In this document: positions 42,359-52,764 of the stretch, in pieces | Numbering within the stretch: the first letter of the stretch is position 1 | How the letters are laid out: each line of letters begins with the position of its first letter | DNA from: an uncultured Candidatus Rokubacteria bacterium | Lineage (GTDB): Bacteria > Methylomirabilota > Methylomirabilia > Rokubacteriales > CSP1-6 | DNA: 64,000 nucleotides | Reading direction: 5' to 3' | Assembly: GCA_963789955.1 (NCBI GenBank) | Contig: CAWBMV010000020.1 | Coordinates: 64,001 to 128,000 of the forward strand | The notes under the pieces: generated by a model | Seen by the model: only the letters and a program-made list of their open reading frames with translations | Told to the model about the DNA's origin: nothing | The model's database searches: none | Program-made: the position numbers and the translations under genes

Positions 42359-44069
42359 TCATCGGCGGCGCCGCGACGGCAGGAGAACTCGGCTCCGCTT
42401 GACGTCCCAGACGCCGCGGGGGGAGAGGCGCACGGCGGGGAGGAAGTCGGCGGCCAGGAAGAACAGCGAGTAGAGCGGCTCGTGATGCGCGTAGCCCCGC
42501 TCGCCGAGCTGCCGGCGAAGCTCGTCTTCGGACCGAGCCGCTTCCTCGACGGTTCCGCGCGTCATGATGCCCCCGAGCGGCAGCGCCAGCTCATAGACGA
42601 TCCGCTCGCCGTCGACGAGCACGATGCCCCCGTGCAGATCGAGGAGCCGGTTGACGGCACGCGCCATCGCCTCGGGCCGGCGACCCAGGGCGAGAATATT
42701 GAAGTCGGTGCTGGTCGTCGTCGCGAACCCGTCGAGCCGGTCGGCGAAGCCCGCCACGACACCCGGCGCGACCCAGCGCCCGGCGCGATCGAGGAGCGCT
42801 GCGTGGAGGTCGCCGGGCTCCATCGGTCGCTCCTGCAGCCGGCTGATCACCGCGCTGACGAGCTGGATGACGGGATAGCGAGCGCGGCGCGGAAGCTCGA
42901 AGTCGTCGGGCCGAGCGCGCCAGCGCACGGTGAGCCGCGCCTGGGGCGATCGGAAGACCCGCCGCCAGGGCGGCTCCGCGACGCGCGCCCATCAGGCGGC
43001 CGCCGGCGGCGATCACCTTGCCGCGCGCGATCACGGTCGACGGCCGCGGCTCGGCGAGGTCGTCGAGCACGCAGATGTCGGCGTAGCGACCCGGCGCGAT
43101 GCCGCCCAGGTCGCCGTCGAGCCCGTAGTAGGTCGCCGGGTTCAGGGTCGCCATGCGGTACGCGTCGATCGGCGTCACGCCACGCTCGAGCGCGACCCGG
43201 ATCAGGTGATCGACGAACCCGTGGGTCCGCAGAAACGCGGGCATCGAGCCGTCGTTCGTGAGCATGAGCCGCGAGGCGAGCGCCGGCGCCGTCTTGAGGG
43301 CGTCGAGGAGCCCGACGAGGTCGGGGCGCAGCGACGACTCGCGCAGCATCACCGCGATACCCTGGCGCGCGCGATCGAGCACTTCCTGCGCGGTGATCGG
43401 CTCGTGGTCCGAGGTGAAGCCCGCGGCCGCGATCGCCGGGATCTTCTCGCCGGACGCGCCGGCGGTGTGTCCCTCGACGCGGGCGCCGCGAGCGAGCCCG
43501 AGGCGGCGCAGCAGCTCGGGATCGCCGCGCCAGGCGTCGGGCCAGCGCGTGACCTCCCCGACCGCCAGCGTGCGCGGATGAGCCAGCGCTTTCGCCAGGG
43601 TCGCGACGCCGAATCGCCGCCACTCGTCCGGCGTCCGACTCTGCGCGTGCGGCCGCACCATCCAGTAGAACCGTAGCGGCGACGTCATCAGCGCGTCGGC
43701 CACGGTCCGGAACGCGGCGAGGCCGCCGAGCTCCCAGAACTGCAACGTGTCCGCGACCACCGCGGTGGTGCCGAGCGGCAGGATGAATCGGGCGAGCGCC
43801 GACGGTGTCGTCAGGGTCGCCGGATGAACGTGCGGGTCGATGTAGCCGGGGACCAGGACGTGGCCGGTCGCATCGAGAACCTGCGTGCGCGCGCCCACCA
43901 TCTCGTCGCGCACGCCGACGTACGCGATCCGCTCGCCCCGCGTCGCGACGTTGGCCGGGTACAGCTCGCCGGTATAGACGTTGAGCAGAGTGCCGCCGCG
44001 CACGTACAGATCGGCGGGAGCGGCGCCACGAGCCACGTCGGTCAGGCGCCGACGCTCAGCGATGGTCAC
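42359..44069 (-). CDS. ade: Adenine deaminase family amidohydrolase (frameshift ~42990)
   Basis: PGYIDPHVH, GTTAVVAD, EGH, SDHE, MATLNPA, GIAPGRYAD, C-terminal LALPLGGIM. Confidence 0.85.
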
Positions 44070-44105
44070 GATAGATGATTATAGCGGCGGCAGTACAATC
44101 GACCC

Positions 44106-44531
44106 ATGAGTCGCGCGATCGTCGTCAATGACCGGGTGCGCGTGCCCGACAGGGCGCTGCACGTCCGGGCCGTGCGCGCGTCGGGGCCGGGCGGCCAGAA
44201 CGTGAACAAGGTCGCGACGAAGGTCGACCTGCGCGTCGATCTCGATGCGATCGAGGGCCTTTCGGAGCCCGCGCTCGCGAGGTTGCGAGCGCTCTGTCGC
44301 CACCGGCTCGACGCCGACGGCCGATTGATGGTCTCGAGCCAGACCGAGCGGAATCAGGCGCGGAATCTGGCGGACGCCCTCGACCGGGTCCGCGCACTGG
44401 TGACCGCCGCGCTGCGCGAGCCCCGATCCCGCAAGGCCTCGCGGCCCTCGGTGGCCTCTCGTGAGCGCAGGATCGAGACCAAGAAGCGGCGGAGCGCGCT
44501 CAAGCGCGAGCGCGCCCGCGAGCAGGACTGA
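44106..44531 (+). CDS. arfB: Alternative ribosome rescue peptidyl-tRNA hydrolase ArfB
   Basis: SGPGGQNVNKVATKV, RNQARN, basic C-terminal tail. Confidence 0.93.
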   Translation: MSRAIVVNDRVRVPDRALHVRAVRASGPGGQNVNKVATKVDLRVDLDAIEGLSEPALARLRALCRHRLDADGRLMVSSQTERNQARNLADALDRVRALVTAALREPRSRKASRPSVASRERRIETKKRRSALKRERAREQD

Positions 44532-44537
44532 GCGAGC

Positions 44538-44804
44538 TCAGCGCTTGGGGGCGCGACCCGCTCGGTACGCGGCCGTGCCCGCCCGCACGCCGACGCGGAC
44601 GCTGCGACTCAGCAGCGCCGCCTGAGCGACGGCCTCGCGCACGCGCGGCTCGGTGCGGCGGATCATCCGCTCGACCTCGACCCGGGTGCGGCGCTCGAGC
44701 CGCCGCATGCGACGACGCGCCTGACCGGTCGCCCGGTCGGCTTCCGTCTTGAGCGTCTTGAGGTGCTTTTGCAGCGCCTTCATCTGCCGCTCGAGATTGG
44801 TCAT
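44538..44804 (-). CDS. Small basic coiled-coil hypothetical protein
   Basis: GAGG RBS and ATG directly after the IOR stop; helical, Arg-rich. Confidence 0.55.
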   Translation of the reverse strand: MTNLERQMKALQKHLKTLKTEADRATGQARRRMRRLERRTRVEVERMIRRTEPRVREAVAQAALLSRSVRVGVRAGTAAYRAGRAPKR

Positions 44805-44812
44805 GGGTTACC

Positions 44813-47800
44813 TCAGAAGCCCAGAGCCCGCACTTCGTCGCGGAAGCGCTGGACGTTGCGGAGCTTGATCTCCTCGTAGCCTCGGATCACATCGGGCAGC
44901 CCGGCAAGCTTCACCGCCCGCTCGTAGCTCTCCGGCGAGAGACCGACCAGCGCCTTTTCGACGAGGGCCCGATACTCGCCGACCAGCTGCCGCTCGACCC
45001 GGCGCACCGCGGCGAACCCGAAGGGATCGAGCGGCGTGCCGCGCAGCACCTTCATGCGGGCCAGCACCTTGAAGACCGAGCCGAACCACGGGCCGAGCTT
45101 GAGCTTCTCCTTGAGACCGAAAGCCCGGAGCATCGGCGGGTGGAGATTGTAGGAGAGCTTCACCCCGCCGGGGAACTCCTCGGCCAGTGCGCGGCCGATG
45201 TCGGGCTTGAGCGAGAGGCGCGCCACTTCGTACTCGTCCTTGTAGGCCATCAGCTTGAAGAGATAGCGCGCGACCGCCTCGGCCAGGCGCGACTCTCCCG
45301 GCACGGTTGCGGCTTCGGCCTCGCGCACGCGCCGGACGAACTGAGCGTACGCGCGCGCGTAGCCCGCGCTCTTGTAGGCGATCAGCTCGGGCACGCGGAT
45401 CTCCAGGAGCCGCTCGAGCTCGCCCGCGCCGCCGACCGAGTCCACGATGGTGCGTGCCTGCGCCGATAGCTCCGGCGCCGTCGCGATGGCGCCCAGGCGC
45501 CGCCGGACCACCGTGCGCGCCCACGCTGGATCCGCCACCAGCAGCCGGCCCACGCGGAACGCCTGGCTGTTCATCTGCACGGAGACGCCGTTCAACACGA
45601 TCGCTTCCTCGATCGCCGCCTCGCTCACGGGCAAGGCGCCCGCCTGCCAGGCCGCGCCGAGCACGATCATGTTGGCCGCCATGTGGTCGTCGAAGAGCGT
45701 CTCGGCCAATCCGAGCGCGTCCAGGAAGACGTTCTCGTCCTTGCGGGTCACGCGATTGATCGAGGTGATCGAGTCCGTTGGCCTCGGGGAACTCGACCGC
45801 CGTCGACGTCACCATCGCGCCGGTCGGCACCTGGCTGGTCGAGACGATCGCGATCGTGCGCTCGGGGCGCGCGTGATCGAGGTTCTGCGGCGAGGTCGCC
45901 ACGAGGATGTCGAAGCCGAGATAGCAGTCCGCGGAGCCGGCCGCGATCTTGGACGAGGCCTGCGTGGCCCGGTCGAGGATCTTCAGATGCGAGACCACCG
46001 GCCCGCCCTTCTGGCTCAGACCGGTCTGATCGAGGCCGCGCACGAGCTTGCCGTCGAGGAGCGCGGCGGTGCCCAGGATCTGGTTGACCGTGACGACGCC
46101 GGTGCCGCCGATGCCCATCATGAAGACGTTGGCCTCGGCCGGGACCTTGGCGTCCGGCTCGGGCAAGGTCCGGTCGACCTTGAAGACCCGGCGCTCCTTC
46201 TTTCGCGGATCCGCGAGCGGCACCACCGTCAGGAACGACGGGCAGTCACCCTTCAGGCACGAGTAGTCCTTGTTGCAGGACGACTGATGGATCTGCGTCT
46301 TGCGCCCGAACTCGGTCTCGACCGGATGCACCGACAGGCAGTTGCTCTTCACGCCGCAGTCGCCGCATCCCTCGCAGATCGCCTCGTTGATGAAGACGCG
46401 CATCTCGGGATCGGGCAGCCGGCCACGCTTGCGCAGGCGCCGCTTCTCGGCGGCGCACCGCTGGTCGTACACGAGGGCCGTGACGCCGGGGATATCGCGC
46501 AGCAACCGCTGAGCCTCGTCGAGCCGATCGCGATGCCACACCTCGACGCCGGACGCCCACGCGGTGCCTTTCGGATACTTGTCGGGCTCGTCGGTCATCA
46601 CGATGATGCGCTTGACGCCCTCGGCGGCGATCGAGCGCGTCAGCTCGGGCACCGGCATCGCGCCCGCGGCGTCCTGCCCGCCCGTCATCGCCACCGCCGA
46701 GTTGTAGAGGATCTTGTAGGTGATGTTGGCGCTCGAGGCGACCGCCTGACGGATCGCCAGGGAGCCGGAGTGGAAGAAGGTGCCGTCGCCGAGGTTCTGG
46801 AAGAGATGCTTCGTCTCGGTGAAGGGCGCGATGCCCACCCACTGCACACCTTCGCCGCCCATGTGCGTGAGCCCCATCGTGCGGCGGTCCATCAAGAGCG
46901 CCATGCCGTGGCAGCCGATGCCCGCGCTGGCCATCGACCCCTCGGGCAGTACGGTCGAGCGGTTGTGCGGGCAGCCCGAGCAGAAGTAGGGCTGACGGCT
47001 CAGGGTCAGCGGCGCGGGCCGCTGGCGCAACGCCTCGAGCAGCGCCACACGCGCGGTGATCGAATCGAGATGGATTCGGCGCTCGAGACGCGAGGCCAGG
47101 ATCTGGGCGATCCGGTCGGCGTCGAGCTCGCTGTCGGCGGGCACGAGCGGACGGCCCTGCTCGTCCTGCTTGCCGACCACCCGGGGGCGCTCGGCCTGGT
47201 TATAGAGGATGTCGCGGATGAAGAGCTCGCAGAACGCGCGCTTCTCCTCGATGACCAGGAGCTCCTCGAGACCCAGGGCGAACTCGCGGACCGTACCCCG
47301 GCTCCATCGGGAACATCATCTCGATCTGCATCAGACGGATGCCGTACTGCCGGAGCGCCGCGTTGTCGAGCCCGAGCTCGGCGAGCGCCTCGCGCAGGTC
47401 GTAGTACGTCTTGCCGGGCGCCGCGATGCCGAGCCACGCGTTCGGCGTCGGCAACGTGATGCGATTGAGCTTGTTCGCCGCGGCGAACGCCTTCGCCGCC
47501 TCGAGCCGCCCGTAGTGGATCTCGCGCTCGGCCTCGAGCCCCCACGGCGGCATCAAGAGCGGGGTCTGCCGCGCCTGCCAGGGCCGTCCTTCATAGAGGA
47601 AGCCCGGATCGGCGATGACGATACGGTCGGGCGCCACCTCGGCCGTGCCGATCTCGTCGGCCACGTTGGTGACGATCTTGAAGCCGACCCAGAGCCCGGA
47701 GTAGCGCGAGAGCTCGAAGCCGAGCCGGCCGAGGTCGAGGATCTCCTGCGCGCTGCCGGGATAGAGCACCGGGAAGAGCGCGTCGTAGAACGCCACTTCC

Positions 47801-48279
47801 GAGTGCGACGGGATCGTCGATGACTTCGAGAGCGGATCGTCGCCGCCGAGCGCCAGCACGCCGCCGTTGCGCCCGACACCGGCGAAGTTCGCGTGCTTGA
47901 AGATGTCGCCGGTGCGATCGACACCCGGGCCCTTGCCGTACCACATGCCGAGCACGCCGTCGTACTTCGGCTGCGGGAACAGATTGGCGAGCTGGCTGCC
48001 GTAGACGGCCGTCGCGCCGAGGTCCTCGTTGACACCCGAGAGGAAGACGACGTTGTGCTGACGGAGCAGGTCGGGGTTCCGCTCCAGGGTGAGATCCAGT
48101 CCGCCCAGCGGCGAGCCGCGATAGCCGGAGATGAGGGTAGCGGTGTTGAGCCCGCGGCGCTTGTCGGCGCGGTGCTGGTCGAGCGGCAAACGCACCAACG
48201 CCTGAATGCCCGAGAGGAAGATGAGACCTTCCTCCTGGCGGTATTTGGCGTCCAGAGTGAAATCACGCTTGATCGCCAT
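44813..48279 (-). CDS. Fused indolepyruvate:ferredoxin oxidoreductase family protein (frameshifts ~47290, ~45770)
   Basis: SGYRGSPLGG, WYGKGPGVDR, FCSGCPHN, TPP motif GDGTFFHSG, ferredoxin CEGCGDC...CxxxDCPSF, GIGGTGV, LMAYKDEYEVARL. Confidence 0.92.
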
Positions 48280-48359
48280 GGGTCTCCTCTCGAAGTGACT
48301 GCACGTATGATACGGGGCGCCACGGGTGGGGCGCAAATCGGTCCGGAGGTGCGAGCGCG

Positions 48360-48782
48360 ATGATCGAGATCAGGCCGTGCCGTCTCGAGGAGTGTGCCGC
48401 GGTGCTGGCGATGTGGGCGCGCGCGGGCGCGATTCCAAGCCCGACCGACACCCTCGAGGAGGTGAGCCACCTCGTGCGCGAGCACGCCGACTCTCTCCTC
48501 GTCGCGATCCGCCAGGGTTCCATCGTCGGAAGCATCATCGGCGGATGGGACGGCTGGCGCGGCAACATCTATCGCCTGGCGGTCGCCCCGGAGGCCCGGC
48601 GGGCCGGGCTCGCGCGGCGGCTCGTCGACGCCGCCGAGCGCATGCTCGTCTCGAAGGGCGCGCGCCGGTTCTCAGCCCTCGTCGAGCGCCACGAGGCTCA
48701 CGCGGTCGGTTTCTGGGACGCCCTCGCGGACCGTGGCTGGCACCGCGACGAGCGCATGATGCGCTACATCAAGATGGCCTAG
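48360..48782 (+). CDS. GNAT N-acetyltransferase
   Basis: GWDGWRGNIYRLAVAPEARRAGLARRL, AVGFW. Confidence 0.88.
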   Translation: MIEIRPCRLEECAAVLAMWARAGAIPSPTDTLEEVSHLVREHADSLLVAIRQGSIVGSIIGGWDGWRGNIYRLAVAPEARRAGLARRLVDAAERMLVSKGARRFSALVERHEAHAVGFWDALADRGWHRDERMMRYIKMA

Positions 48783-48850
48783 CCGGCGGCTGGAAAAGGC
48801 CCATCTGCTACGTTGGCGCCCTCGTAGCTGGACCTTTTCCAGCCGCCGGC
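48782..48850. repeat. Long inverted repeat (MITE-like or bidirectional terminator) between convergent genes
   Basis: Perfect 18-bp arms GCCGGCGGCTGGAAAAGG / CCTTTTCCAGCCGCCGGC, plus inner GCTACG/CGTAGC. Confidence 0.8.
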
Positions 48851-48867
48851 CGGTCTGCAGGCTTCGG

Positions 48868-49338
48868 CTAGGTCGGGCGCCACAGGCCGCGGTGGGCGCC
48901 GCGTGCTTCGCGCTGGAGCTTCATGAAGAGGTCCTGGTGTCGCACGTTCGGCGGGACCGTCATGACCTGGGCATAGCCGAGTCGAAGCAGCTCCGCGTTG
49001 ACCATCGTGTTGCCCACCCAGACGTAGGCCAGGAGCCGCCCGTAGCGATCCCGAGTGCGCACGTCCAGCTCGAGACGGACGTGGTGGCCATCGACGAGAC
49101 GGCGGTTCACCTCGGCCGCTTCACGACCGCCCGGCTCTTCGCCCTTGATCGGATGGTGGATCTCCGGAGAGTTGACGCCGATGTAGCGGATCTTCTCCAC
49201 GCGATCGCCGAGCTGCACATAGATCGTGTCGCCGTCGACGACCTTGACGACCGTGCCTTCGATCGAACCGGCCGCTGCCGAGCTCGCCGCGAGGAACAGG
49301 AGGAGCGGAACGAGAAGATGAGCTCGGCGGAGCGCCAC
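48868..49338 (-). CDS. Secreted thermonuclease (SNase) family protein
   Basis: Signal peptide; VVDGDT, IRYIGVNSPE, DRYGRLLAYV, GLW. Confidence 0.92.
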   Translation of the reverse strand: MALRRAHLLVPLLLFLAASSAAAGSIEGTVVKVVDGDTIYVQLGDRVEKIRYIGVNSPEIHHPIKGEEPGGREAAEVNRRLVDGHHVRLELDVRTRDRYGRLLAYVWVGNTMVNAELLRLGYAQVMTVPPNVRHQDLFMKLQREARGAHRGLWRPT

Positions 49339-49401
49339 GCCGACACGGTGTCACCGCGGGTCGACGGGTGTCAAGAATTGGAGACGGCGAAGCGTGGATT
49401 G

Positions 49402-49641
49402 CTACTGGACGCGGAACATGGCGTAGCCGAGGGACCTCAACTGCGTGTCGACGAACGGCTGATGGCGGCGATCGCTGCTTCTCCGCTCGCCGGTGTCCCT
49501 GTTGGCCTCGCCCAGGCGACGGTCACGACCGGATCGACGATCCAGGAAGACCTCGACGTTTTCTTCGGCGGCGAACTGCCGTGTGAGGTACTCACACAGG
49601 CTGGCCTGGTCGCGCGCGACGATGAAGTAGTGCCGAGTCAT
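49402..49641 (-). CDS. Small Arg-rich protein, 'FIV...FLDRR' family, copy 3
   Basis: MTRHYFIVARDQASLCEYLTRQF...VEVFLDRRSGRDRR...ERRSSDRR...LRSLGYAMFRV. Confidence 0.75.
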   Translation of the reverse strand: MTRHYFIVARDQASLCEYLTRQFAAEENVEVFLDRRSGRDRRLGEANRDTGERRSSDRRHQPFVDTQLRSLGYAMFRVQ

Positions 49642-49681
49642 GACTGCCACACGGCAATTTTCCACGAAACGCGCGCGAGGG

Positions 49682-50201
49682 TCAAGGTTGGCGGAGGCGT
49701 CCGAGGGCCCGTCGGGCCTGTCGCGCTTTCTTGGAAAGTCGGCGGGGGTTACCGCGCTTCTCCCGACCCGGCTCATCGTCGGAATCGTCCTTTGAATCGG
49801 GCGTATCCGCGCCCGACGAGCTTTCCGGAACTTCCAGCGCTTCCAGAAATTGCTCGGCCGTCAGCACCGCGCTCCCGGCCCGCCGGGCGGCGTCCTGGAC
49901 CTTCCGATCCGAGCTGACGACGACGGCGCCGTTTCGCAGCTGCCGCGCGAGCCGCATCAGCTCATCGTCGGCCGTCAGCGGCGGGCGCGAGAAGACCACA
50001 CGAATGCGTCCCGGCGGCGGCGTGCCGCCGGAGAGTCGCGCCCCGTCGAACACGACGGTGAACTCGTCCTTCGGGGCGCGGTCGGCCCGCGCGATGAGAG
50101 TGCACGAGCGCTCGCCGTCCCGCTTCCAGGCTCTCGGCTTCTCGAGCCCGGAGGTCCGGATCGCGTCGGATGAGGTTGTAGCCATCGACGAGCCAGCGCA
50201 T
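49682..50201 (-). CDS. NYN (YacP-like PIN fold) domain protein, frameshift ~50110
   Basis: WLVDGYNL, VVFDG, VVFS...TADD, VVSSDR. Confidence 0.85.
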
Positions 50202-50242
50202 GAGCCAAGTATCCTATTCTCTCCTCCGATACGGAACGATCC

Positions 50243-51421
50243 ATGGACGATCCTTCGCTGATCCTGGTCGGGGGCGGCTCCCTGACGCCCGAGTCCGCGC
50301 GGTCCCTTCCGCCCGGCGGCATCGTCCGATTGATGGTCTATCGACCCTCGATCCCGCCGGTTGACGTGGGTGACGTGGTAGAGGTCATCCCGGGAGCGCG
50401 CGGACGCGTCGGTGACCTCGTGCTCTGTGTCGACGCCGATCGATGTGAGCTCGGACGGGTTATCAGTCATGACGGACCTTCCGTCGTGATCGAAGTCGGC
50501 GCGGAGGGGATTCGCCACGCGCTCGGCGCCGGTGCCGTCCTCGGTGTCGCGGCGGCTCTCGAGCAGGGCGATCTGCTGTTCGACCTCCAGCGCGGACGCT
50601 GGCGCGCGGCGGGCCGCCTCGCGGCGACCGTCCCGGCCCGGCTCGGCGGCTTCATGACGGCCCTGTCGTGGCTGGAGCGCCTGCGCCGCCCATTGTTCCC
50701 GCCGCTCTTCATGGGCAGCGAGGCGCAGCTGCTGGAGCGCCTCACCGCCGCCTACGACACTGAGGTCGAGGTCACCGGCCGCGAGACGGCGCTCCTGCCC
50801 GAGGAGCAGACTTTGCTCGAGCATCATCTACGGCCAGGCCAGCGGCTGCTCGACGTGGGCTGCGGGGCGGGCCGCGAGGCGATCGGCTTCGCGCGCGCAG
50901 GGCTATCCGTCGTCGGGATCGACGTGGCGCCGGCGATGGTGGCCCTGGCGCGCGCGCGGGCGCGGCAGGCGGGACTCACGATCGAGCTCGCAGTTGCCGA
51001 GCCTCTGACCTTGCCCGCGAACTTCGGCCGGTTCGACGCGGTCTACTTCAGCCCGGGGATCTACGCCCACATCCCCAGTCGAGAGCGCCGCGTGCGGACG
51101 CTCTCGCGGCTACGCGAGATGCTCGCCCCAGGCGGGCTGATCGTGGTCGGTCCCGTTCTCGCCCCGACCCTGCGAGCGTTCTCCCGCGCCCGTCTCGTCG
51201 ACGCGCTCCGGAGGGTTGGCCGCCGTGCGGGCCTCCACCGGCTGGCCGAGCCAGGCGACCGCTTGTATCGCGGTCACGCGCTCGACCGCGCCGCGACCTC
51301 GCACCGCTACATCCACTACTTCAGCACCAGCGAGGAGGCCGAGATGGAGATGGGGGAAGCCGGCCTCGCGGTGACCGAGCGGCTCGACGTGACCTGCTGG
51401 ATCCTCCGCCCGCGCAGCTGA
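50243..51421 (+). CDS. Degenerate S24/S26-fold domain fused to a class I SAM-dependent methyltransferase
   Basis: Motif I LLDVGCGAGR, GIDVAPAMV, FDAV, LAPGG. The N-terminal ~140 aa aligns by eye with the S26 peptidase at 55733-56178. Confidence 0.8.
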   Translation: MDDPSLILVGGGSLTPESARSLPPGGIVRLMVYRPSIPPVDVGDVVEVIPGARGRVGDLVLCVDADRCELGRVISHDGPSVVIEVGAEGIRHALGAGAVLGVAAALEQGDLLFDLQRGRWRAAGRLAATVPARLGGFMTALSWLERLRRPLFPPLFMGSEAQLLERLTAAYDTEVEVTGRETALLPEEQTLLEHHLRPGQRLLDVGCGAGREAIGFARAGLSVVGIDVAPAMVALARARARQAGLTIELAVAEPLTLPANFGRFDAVYFSPGIYAHIPSRERRVRTLSRLREMLAPGGLIVVGPVLAPTLRAFSRARLVDALRRVGRRAGLHRLAEPGDRLYRGHALDRAATSHRYIHYFSTSEEAEMEMGEAGLAVTERLDVTCWILRPRS

Positions 51422-52597
51422 CTAGCGAAGCTGGCGTGCCGCCAGCCAGCACACTCTCAGCGGATGCACGGCGCGATAGAGCGGCACCTGCCACGGCTCG
51501 AGCGCGTAGTGGTGCCTGAGCCACGTGGCCGAGGGAAAGAACGTCCACGCGAAGACCCGCATGACGTCGGACGCGCGGTCCATCAGGAGCGTCTGAGCCG
51601 GATAGACGCGCGTGTCGTCGAGCGCGCCCGCGAGACTCGGTGGCGCGGACGCGCCGATGCGCTCCGCGACCGCCGCGCGGCGCCATCGGCCCCGCTCGAG
51701 GCGTTCGAGGAGCCTGGCAGGGAGCGGCGTGTCGAACGAGCGCGTGACGACACAGAGCGTCCAGCCGATGAGCGTCCGGACGCGCCAGCGGTCGGCCTCC
51801 TTCACGAGGAGGTCCCAGTCGAGCTCAGCGGCAAATCGGCGGACGACCGCATCGATATCGGCGTACCAGAGCGCGCGCGCGAAGTCCGAGCCGAGCGTCA
51901 GGTGCAGGACGAGGTGCAGCAGCAGATCCTCGGGCGAGAGCATGAGGCTCTGACCCTCGGGCGTGAGGAGCGGCCGGGCCCGACTCCACATCCCCTCGTG
52001 GTCGACCTCGACGACCCCCTCGAATCGGAGGTAGCGCGCGGCATGCCAGTGGAGATCGATCCGCGTCCCGTCGCGCACGAGCTCTGCGAAGCTCCGCGAC
52101 TCGCCGAGGAGATCGGCTCCTTCCCCGGGCGTCCGATATCCGAGGGCCCGCAGCGTGGCGAGCGCGACAGCGCGTTCTGTCGGACGCACGAGGAGGTCGA
52201 CGTCCGCCATCGGTCGGAGACCAGGCTCGGCGTAGACGACATTCGCGAGCGCCATACCCTTGAGGGTGAGTGTCACGACACCCGCCTGGCGAAGCGCCGC
52301 GGTCGCTTCGCCCCAGTGACGCGCGAGCACGGCGTTCGCGGCCCAGACGGCCCGCGCGACCTCGGTCAGACGACGACGCGCCGGAGTCGGCAGGCGATCG
52401 AGCAGATCGAGGCGATGAAGGTGGGAGCGGAGAAGAGGCGCCGTGCCTTCGCGAACCGCGAGCTCGACGAGAGCGGGCCAGTCGACGGCGCCGGACACGA
52501 GGGCCGCGAGCTCGACATCACCCGAGGATTCGACATGGCTGCGCGCGCCCAGGAGCAACAGTCGCGCGTCCGGATAGAGCTCGGCGCGCGGGAGCAT
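51422..52597 (-). CDS. Nucleotidyltransferase family protein (type found in lasso/RiPP clusters)
   Basis: TLKGMALA..VY...GLRPMADVDLLV, IDLHW, EDLLLHLVLH, WYADI. Confidence 0.87.
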   Translation of the reverse strand: MLPRAELYPDARLLLLGARSHVESSGDVELAALVSGAVDWPALVELAVREGTAPLLRSHLHRLDLLDRLPTPARRRLTEVARAVWAANAVLARHWGEATAALRQAGVVTLTLKGMALANVVYAEPGLRPMADVDLLVRPTERAVALATLRALGYRTPGEGADLLGESRSFAELVRDGTRIDLHWHAARYLRFEGVVEVDHEGMWSRARPLLTPEGQSLMLSPEDLLLHLVLHLTLGSDFARALWYADIDAVVRRFAAELDWDLLVKEADRWRVRTLIGWTLCVVTRSFDTPLPARLLERLERGRWRRAAVAERIGASAPPSLAGALDDTRVYPAQTLLMDRASDVMRVFAWTFFPSATWLRHHYALEPWQVPLYRAVHPLRVCWLAARQLR

Positions 52598-52602
52598 GCC
52601 GC

Positions 52603-52764
52603 CTACGACGTCGTGCTCGTCCGACTCCCCTTGCCCATACTCGTCCGCTGCGCGTTGCTGCACGTCCCGTTGGTGGCGCGGCAGCACGTGGTCGTGTCGG
52701 CGCCGAAGATACTACTCGGCTCGAGCATGGGCTTCTCGTAGGGCCGCTTGTCCTGGGTTGCCAT
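52603..52764 (-). CDS. Putative RiPP precursor peptide, 53 aa (MATQDKRPYEKPMLEPSSIFGADTTTCCRATNGTCSNAQRTSMGKGSRTSTTS)
   Basis: Strong RBS GGAGGAG before ATG 52764; YxxPxL leader motif; Cys/Ser/Thr-rich C-terminal half; lies between the rSAM and nucleotidyltransferase genes. Confidence 0.8.
   Translation of the reverse strand: MATQDKRPYEKPMLEPSSIFGADTTTCCRATNGTCSNAQRTSMGKGSRTSTTS

Noticed and set aside
48868..50201. Thermonuclease + NYN nuclease as an anti-phage defence locus
   Set aside because: Both are common stand-alone families (secreted SNase, YacP-like), with no accompanying defence ATPase or sensor genes.
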